Part shown: positions 57,097 through 64,000 of the stretch, piece after piece
Numbering within the stretch: the first letter of the stretch is position 1
Layout of the letters: the number at the start of each line of letters is the position of its first letter
Assembly: GCA_963825865.1 (NCBI GenBank)
Contig: CAWGVG010000005.1
Coordinates: forward strand, 64,001 to 128,000
Direction: 5' to 3'
Origin: an uncultured Nitrososphaeraceae archaeon
Lineage (GTDB): Archaea > Thermoproteota > Nitrososphaeria > Nitrososphaerales > Nitrososphaeraceae
DNA: 64,000 nucleotides
Notes under the pieces: model-generated
Told to the model about the DNA's origin: nothing
Databases searched by the model: none
The model's input: only the letters and a program-made list of their open reading frames with translations
Position numbers and translations under genes: made by a program

Positions 57097-57390
57097 AATG
57101 TGTATAGTAAGATAGCATAGCATATGAAATGAACCACTTCAAATTTATTCTGCTGCTCTAAAATTACTGTAAAAAGAAAGGAAAGGAAAGGAGACTAGCT
57201 GGCTTTCATATACTTGCTACTTAGATACTTGGCATATCCAACTACCTGTATGAGATGCAACGAATAGTGATATTAGGTATAAAAAAAACAATATCAACTT
57301 ACAAACCCAATATGCCAGGTTTAGAAAATATTTACTACTTGGTTATTCAATTATGACATTGTCATTTAACGTCATTTTATCAAACTATTT

Positions 57391-58058
57391 GTGATGGCAA
57401 ACTTTAGCAATAACTGGACTAATGACGTGAGATCAAATACACGTGAGAGGATAAAGGAGAGTGTAAAAACGCCTCAACCGCTCAAGCCAAGGGTTGAATA
57501 CGCAAAGAACAAAATTCAGGCTCAAAATCAGAAATTGGCTGTCATCCTAGAGAAATTAAAAGGAAAAGAAAAAACGCTTTTTTCTCAAGTCATCTCACAT
57601 CTACAGAAACATGATGCTCAGCAGGCTAAGATGAAATCAAACGAATTAGCACAGATTAGAAAAACAGCAACAACGATCTCGCAGTTAAAGATGGGTGTCG
57701 AACAGGTACATATGAGATTAGAATCAACAATAGATATTGGAGATGTAATGGGCGCCATAGGACCAGCAATGGGAGCATTGACAAGAGTAAGATCCGGTTT
57801 GTCAGGAGTGGTACCAGACGTAGATCTAGAATTAGGAGAAATCAATGGAGTCTTCGGTGAAATTATGATGAATGCAGGAGATATAACCAATGCGTCATTT
57901 GCATTTGATGCTAGCGAGCGGCGAAGGTGTAGACAGAATACTGGCCGAAGCAAGTGCCGTTGCAGAACAGAGAATGAGCGAGAGTTTTCCAGATGTTCCT
58001 ACAGGATCATTTAACAAGAAGAGTTCAAGGTCCTCTATAGGTGAACATTCACTATAGT
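57391..58058 (+). CDS. ESCRT-III/CdvB paralog (Snf7 family); 3' frameshift near 57920
   Basis: KTLFSQVI..HD..AKM..NELAQIRK..VEQVHMRLEST..GDV; shifted tail EVDRILAEASAVAEQRM..FPDVP. Confidence 0.85.
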
Positions 58059-58297
58059 GCGATTTCTAAATTAGATTCCTATCATTTTTTTATTTATTTA
58101 TTTCATCATGGTTAGATGATCCTAAATGTCACTCGAAAGAAAACTAGAACCATTTGAGAGCCTATCTTAGATGATGCTACATTTTCACAGTTAGTTTTTT
58201 AATATCTAAATAGTTTTTGATTTTTTTAAAAATAATTAATAATATAAAGAACTAAAACATAAAGAGATATCATATATCGCGTATTGGCATATATCTT

Positions 58298-59347
58298 AGA
58301 TCTCTTGTGTAATTAGAAGTCTTAGAGCTATATTCCTCTTCACATAGGATATCTATCTGACAAGCTCTTTGATGTCCTATAGCAAATTATGTAAGAAACC
58401 TTTGATATTCAGGTCATTTACCGGAGTAACTGTATCTGAATTTGAATCCATTTGTAACGAAATTGAACATAACTACGAAGAGCACGAAAGAAGACGTCTT
58501 CTATCAAGGACGAGAATACGGGATATAGGTGCTGGTAGACCATTTAAGCTTAAAGTTAAAGAAAGATTCGTTATGCTTCTAGTATACTACAGATTATACA
58601 TTACATATACATTATCAGGATTTCTGTTTGACCTCTGATCAAAGCAATGTTTGTAGAGATATATCAATGATGGAACCACTTATCAAGGAGTGTATTCCAT
58701 TGCCAAAGAAGATATACAAACGTACTAGGAGATTAAGAACTATAGATGAAGTAGAAGAGTACTTTCCTGGATTCAAGGCTTTCATAGACTCTACAGAACA
58801 AGAAATTCCAAGACCTAAGAACAAAAGAAGAAGGAAGAGTTACTATTCAGGTAGAAAGAAGAAACATACTGTCAAGACACAATTGATGGTAAACAGGCTG
58901 AAGGATTGATACTGCATAAGACAGGTCACAGAAGTGGAAGAAAACATGATTATGACATTTACAAACACAATCATTCTATAACTCCATCACAAGTTGAAAA
59001 CATAGTTGATTCTTGGTTATCTTGGCATTGAAAAGGACTTTCCCACTGTAACTCTGTACTTCGTATCAAAAAGAAAAAGGGTACATTGCTTTCATGTGAT
59101 GAAAGAACTTACAACAAGAATCATTCTAGGCTAAGGATCATAGTAGAACATACCATATGTAAGATCAAAAAGTTTGGAATAATGGGTACTAAATTTAGAA
59201 ACAGATTAAGGAATTACAATAACGTATCTGATATAATATCCGGTCTCCTGAACTTCAGAGTTATACAGTCTGACAGCATTTCAATCTAAGAAGACGGCTA
59301 AAACAAGTAGGGTGTTAGACTATAGTTGCTAATTACGCAAGATATTT
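58298..59347 (+). mobile_element. Degenerate IS5-family (ISL2-like) element with frameshifted transposase
   Basis: Paralog of 56109..57029 split into ORFs at 58369, 58628 and 59086; degenerate TIRs AGATCTCTTGTGTAATT / AATTACGCAAGATATTT. Confidence 0.85.
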
Positions 59348-59500
59348 ATGCACCTGGCAGACTATCTTAAAGGACGAAAAGATAGAAGGGAAATTGTACA
59401 AGGTAAAAACATATGTAATAGGTGCAGTCAAAATTTCGAAAACGAAGAAGAATTAGAAAAACAAACAAAGAAGGAACATTCAAACATGGTTAAGGGTTGA
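59348..59500 (+). CDS. Degenerate C2H2-like microprotein, 50 aa
   Basis: NICNRCSQNFENEEELEKQTKKEH (first His replaced by Gln). Confidence 0.45.
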   Translation: MHLADYLKGRKDRREIVQGKNICNRCSQNFENEEELEKQTKKEHSNMVKG

Positions 59501-59780
59501 TGTGAATATATATATTTTGTTGTTCCTCGGCATATAACGGTGCGTGCATATCACCATGCTTCTCTAAGGATGGTAAGATCTGAGTATATAATAAGGCAAT
59601 ACGTTTAATGGAAATACATTATTTGATCTTAAATTTAACGAGCAATTGATAGGACAAGAATTGTTTAATTTGAAAGGGCATGTTCGTGTTGATCATATGT
59701 TAAAAAGAAGGAGGAGGAGAAGAAGAAGATCAGCATTTCCCAAACTGATATGGAAATAGTTTTGTGTATATATTGCAGCT

Positions 59781-60374
59781 TTAGTTTCTAAATTTTAAAC
59801 AAACAATATAGAGCTCACTACTCTGTTGTCTGCTGGCACCAGGTTTAGTCAGTAGCACTTTGTGGAAATTAGAGTTTAGATCGTCCTTTACTTCATTTAG
59901 CAATCCTCCTTCGAATACCTTGAAAATTGCATTACCATCTTTCTTCAATATTTTTTGTGCTACACTAAGGGCACTTTTTGTAATGGAGATCTGCCTTACA
60001 TGATCAATATCCCAAATTCCACTGACATTAGGAGAAAGATCAGATAATACTACATCTGCTTTAGAATTTAGAATCTTAATAACTTCATCAATTATCTCCT
60101 GATCCTCGATATTGCCATGCAAAATTATTGCTCCTTCTAGAGGTTTTACCTCCTTGAGATCTATTCCAATAACTTTACCATAGGAGCCAACTTCTTTTAT
60201 TGCTACCTGTAGCCACCCACCAGGAGCACATCCCAGATCGATTACTTTGTTCCTTTGTCTAAAAATATGATAAGAATTGTTTAACTGTAAAAGTTTGTAG
60301 GCAGATCTACTTCGATAGCCTTTGTCCTTAGCTAATTTGCGATAACGGTCTTTTCGTGCATCAGAAAGCTTCAA
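59781..60374 (-). CDS. rlmE: 23S rRNA 2'-O-methyltransferase RlmE/FtsJ
   Basis: YRSRSAYKL, DLGCAPGGW, VLSDLSP, KP.ASR..S.E.Y. Confidence 0.95.
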   Translation of the reverse strand: MKLSDARKDRYRKLAKDKGYRSRSAYKLLQLNNSYHIFRQRNKVIDLGCAPGGWLQVAIKEVGSYGKVIGIDLKEVKPLEGAIILHGNIEDQEIIDEVIKILNSKADVVLSDLSPNVSGIWDIDHVRQISITKSALSVAQKILKKDGNAIFKVFEGGLLNEVKDDLNSNFHKVLLTKPGASRQQSSELYIVCLKFRN

Positions 60375-60964
60375 TCAAGTAAAAAAAGTTATTTCAATTT
60401 GTTATAAAAATATTGCGTGTTGTAATAAACTTCGGCAAAAATCAATACACCAACAACTCTAAGGTAATCCAGGGATTATATTTGGTTCATATGTGTGCGT
60501 ACTGCCCACTTTATCCATTGTTCCTTGCTGATATGTATCGTATTTTTTGTAGACTATGGATTATGGTGCACTAGTAGCAGAGCAATACACGCGTGGAAAC
60601 AACCAATGGTATCAATGATGATCTAGATCTTGACTTTAAGAAGAGTGCAGTTACATCCTTCTCTTGGCCTGCGGTTTACATAGCAGTAGAAGAACCATTC
60701 AGCGCACTTAAGCAACTATCATTCTCGGTAAGGATATTTGCACTATCGGTTTGGACCATTTATGTAGTAAACAGGCTTCAACACAAGTATCATAGTTGAA
60801 TTAATTTTTTCTCTCTTTCTTTCTCTCTCTGCATATTCTCTTTCTTATTTTCTATATATCTCCTACGCATATTTGTGCAACTTCGCCGTTATTATTTAGG
60901 TCCCATATCATATAGCGACTGAAATAAATATTATAATATAGAAGGCATTTTAGAACTACTGCTA

Positions 60965-62016
60965 ATGGGCTTTAGAAGGTTTTTTCTTATTCGATTGGCA
61001 AGGATGTTTATTACTCTGTCTGCCGTGCTTTTGATAACTATTGTCATTACTGGGTTCAACCATGGATGACATTCTTAGACGCAACATACAACTAGGTGTC
61101 ATAGAAGATCTTAGCCACAATACTAAATTAAATTCCAGTTTTAAGACTCATGAAGAACAGCAAAACTATATCTACAACCAGATAAAGTCGAAAGTACATG
61201 CACAGGGTCTTGATGAACCATGGTATTCACCAAAATCTCTAGGAATAAAGTTTTTCAAAACAATGACGTTGGACCTTGGCAACGCACTCTTCTTGACTAG
61301 TAACGCAGGATCACAAAAGGTAAGCAACATAATAATGGAAAAGTTACCCAACACCGTATTATTATTTACTACATCTACCATCATAATTACATTTATCGGA
61401 ATGTATCTTGGAGCATTTTCTGCTAGCAAGGCCGGCTCATTGATTGACAGGTTTACCTCAGCGTCTGCAATATTTAGCAGCAGTGTCGCTACCTTTTTTA
61501 TAGGAATGATCATGATAATTGTCTTTGCATATATTTTACACATATTTCCATCTAGGGCGACGCCATTAACAGCCCCTAATGATCCATATTATATTTTTGA
61601 CCTTCTTTACCATATGACCCTGCCACTAATCACTTTAGTTTTGGTTGGCTTCGGAGCATGGGCCTATACAGTTCGTTACTATGTAATCAACGTTTTTAAT
61701 GAGGACTTTATTACAGCCAAAAGAGCGCAAGGAATATCTGAGAGAAAAATAACTTACTCGCATGCGTTAAAAAATGCAGCACCCCCGACATTCACCTCAA
61801 TTGCTTTGTCTCTTTCAGGATCGTTGGGAGGTGCCTTTCTTATTGAGATAGTTTTTAATTGGCCTGGCATGGGTTTGCTAGCATTTAATGCTATCAATGT
61901 ATTTGATACACCAGTAATAATTGGTCTAACCTATATGAGTACCCTGATCTTTGTTGTCACTATGTTCATTGTTGATTTGATGTCTCAGGTACTTTGATCC
62001 CAGAGTGAAGACATGA
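60965..62016 (+). CDS. Peptide ABC transporter permease (DppB-like; frameshifts at both ends)
   Basis: GLDEPW, DFITAKRAQG, HALKNA, IEIVFNWPGMG, DPRV. Confidence 0.88.
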
Positions 62017-62023
62017 TATAGAT

Positions 62024-63427
62024 ATGAGTGTTAAAGCAATATTAAAATCTGATTTTTTAAACGAATTTAGAAAGTCAAAGGGCGGTGTAGCAGGTATTGT
62101 TATACTTTTCTTTCTTGTGGCTATGTCAATATATGCAGCTGCTTCAGTGCCATTAGACTCATTTAGGCAGTGGAATAACCCCAGCTACTGGATAAAGTAT
62201 CCTAAATCAGCCATGCCATCATGGACTAATATTTTTGCTTCAAAGAAGCAGCCGGAGCATTTAATCATGGATAAAGCTATAGTAAAATCTCAGATTGATG
62301 AAGGAATAAGAACCGTAAAGTATGCTTATAAATTTGCTTTCAATTATGATTTCTTTCCTAACGATTTTATGATAAGCTATGGGGTACGGTATAATTCCAC
62401 ACCTCCTTTGGTCGACGTTGAATTGATACGGCCAGATGGAGAATCATTGGCAATCATCTCAACCTCATTGCCCTCTGCGCAGAGTAGCCAGTACACCTTC
62501 AGGGATACTATTTTTTCAACAGAAAGCGAGATCAAGGATAATCTTCGAAATTACATTAACAAGTACTCGTATGCCGTAGATGCGACAAGACCAGAAATAA
62601 TGCTCTTTTCCGCTAGGGACAAACCCAGCGTCTTAAAAGGCACTTACACATTAGTTCAAACCTTTTCTTTTTTTGATGAGAAAGGAAATGACAAGGTTGT
62701 AAGCTCGGAATTTATTCTCGGAGGTAAGGTATATGGATTATTAGGAACAGACGAATTCCGTCACGATTTGTCAATAGGAATACTCTGGGGGACCCCTGTA
62801 GCACTATTTATTGGATTATCCGTTGCTATTGTATCTACATTTGTAGGATTGATCTATGGCTTAGTCGCTGCTTACAGAGGAAGGAAAACAGAGCCAGGTC
62901 TGATGATGGTAGTCCAAATTATTATTAACATTCCCACTTTGTTCATACTTATCATACTATCTATAACAATAGGCAGAAACATCTTTCTAATAGTGGGATA
63001 TTTTATTTTATTTGGATGGGTAGGCATGGCCCTGATCAGTCGGAGCATGGGATTGCAGATAAAGACGTATACATATATCGAAGCAGCAAAGTTGATGGGA
63101 GAATCCGATATAAGGATAATCTTTAGACATATAATACCACAGTTACTGCCATTTGCCTTTGCAAGTATAGCATTATCTGTCCCCAGCGCTATTTTATTGG
63201 AGTCCGGACTAAGTTTTTTAGGACTTGGAGACCCGACAATTCCTACTTGGGGTAAGATACTTCACGATGCGCAGTCTACAGATGCGGCTGCAAGGGGAAT
63301 GTGGTGGTGGATAGCACCTCCTGGAATAATGATAGGAATTACAGGAGCGGCTTTTGTTCTAATTGCCCGGGCCTTGGAATCCATAGTAAACCCAAAAATG
63401 ATAAATCCCAAAATGAAAAAAGCCTAA
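62024..63427 (+). CDS. Peptide ABC transporter permease (DppC-like)
   Basis: LLGTDEFRHDL, YIEAAKLMG, ESGLSFLGLG, PTWGKIL. Confidence 0.92.
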   Translation: MSVKAILKSDFLNEFRKSKGGVAGIVILFFLVAMSIYAAASVPLDSFRQWNNPSYWIKYPKSAMPSWTNIFASKKQPEHLIMDKAIVKSQIDEGIRTVKYAYKFAFNYDFFPNDFMISYGVRYNSTPPLVDVELIRPDGESLAIISTSLPSAQSSQYTFRDTIFSTESEIKDNLRNYINKYSYAVDATRPEIMLFSARDKPSVLKGTYTLVQTFSFFDEKGNDKVVSSEFILGGKVYGLLGTDEFRHDLSIGILWGTPVALFIGLSVAIVSTFVGLIYGLVAAYRGRKTEPGLMMVVQIIINIPTLFILIILSITIGRNIFLIVGYFILFGWVGMALISRSMGLQIKTYTYIEAAKLMGESDIRIIFRHIIPQLLPFAFASIALSVPSAILLESGLSFLGLGDPTIPTWGKILHDAQSTDAAARGMWWWIAPPGIMIGITGAAFVLIARALESIVNPKMINPKMKKA

Positions 63428-63431
63428 CCAT

Positions 63432-63782
63432 CTATATACTGCTACTACTTTTATTATTATTGTTATCCTTTTGAAATAATCTTATTTTTTCAAGCATAGA
63501 GTCGGAAAGCTTTAACGTATACGCAGATGCATCATCTGACGAGAATTTTGAAAGTTCTTCTAAGAATTTTGTTTTGTCTCTGCTTCTTTCGTATAATCCA
63601 CCAGATTCCTTAATACAGAGAGGAAACTTTTGCATCTTGGCACCGTTCTTGTTTAGATGGTTTATAAATGCACGATAACCGTTAATATCATACCACTCTA
63701 ATCCCTTCTCTTCACAAAACATTATCCATGTATCTATGGTATTTTGGAAGAAAGCTTTGCTGCGAAGTTCTTCGAGAGTCAA
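63432..63782 (-). CDS. Hypothetical protein
   Basis: 116-aa ORF containing LRSKAFFQNTIDTWI..FPLCIKESGG. Confidence 0.65.
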   Translation of the reverse strand: MTLEELRSKAFFQNTIDTWIMFCEEKGLEWYDINGYRAFINHLNKNGAKMQKFPLCIKESGGLYERSRDKTKFLEELSKFSSDDASAYTLKLSDSMLEKIRLFQKDNNNNKSSSSI

Positions 63783-64000
63783 TTTTATTATTAATAATAC
63801 TATTAATTTTTATAAATAAGAATGCTGTGTTTTTATTGATTAACACAACACAGCACTTGTGCGCTGCCACCGCACCATTTTTGTATCTATTTATATATAT
63901 ATATATATGCATCACGCCAGTTTGGTCAAAGCTGAAAGATAATCAGATTTTATTTGAGCCTGTTCAAACAACTCTAGCGATATTTTCCATACGGGATAAC

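Overview
AT-rich archaeal DNA whose gene content fits a soil ammonia-oxidising archaeon (Nitrososphaeraceae): complex III Rieske/cytochrome b/plastocyanin, TiaS, CdvB-type ESCRT-III and BHB-intron tRNAs. Many genes, including essential ones, carry single-base frameshifts, which looks like long-read assembly error. Positions 1 to ~16,036 form a putative integrated element abutting the 3' end of tRNA-Gly(TCC). It carries a tyrosine integrase, an HTH-Spo11/TopoVI-A-like (Mini-A-like) protein, an SF3-like helicase with inverted 9-bp iteron arrays, a second TOPRIM remnant and secreted/stress cargo. The rest is mostly core chromosome: CorA, LsrF-like aldolase, ilvB-ilvN/leuA-leuB, asnS, rhomboid protease, complex III, thrC with a Ubl-E1 fusion, hisI, tiaS, mpgP, rdgB, cdvB, rlmE and peptide ABC permeases, plus four IS elements or remnants. 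All four tRNA genes carry two introns each. The most novel signal is an unannotated Val/Leu-rich leader peptide with an overlapping hairpin and U-tract directly upstream of ilvB, suggesting ribosome-mediated attenuation in this archaeon. All calls are from reading motifs by eye; no database searches were run.
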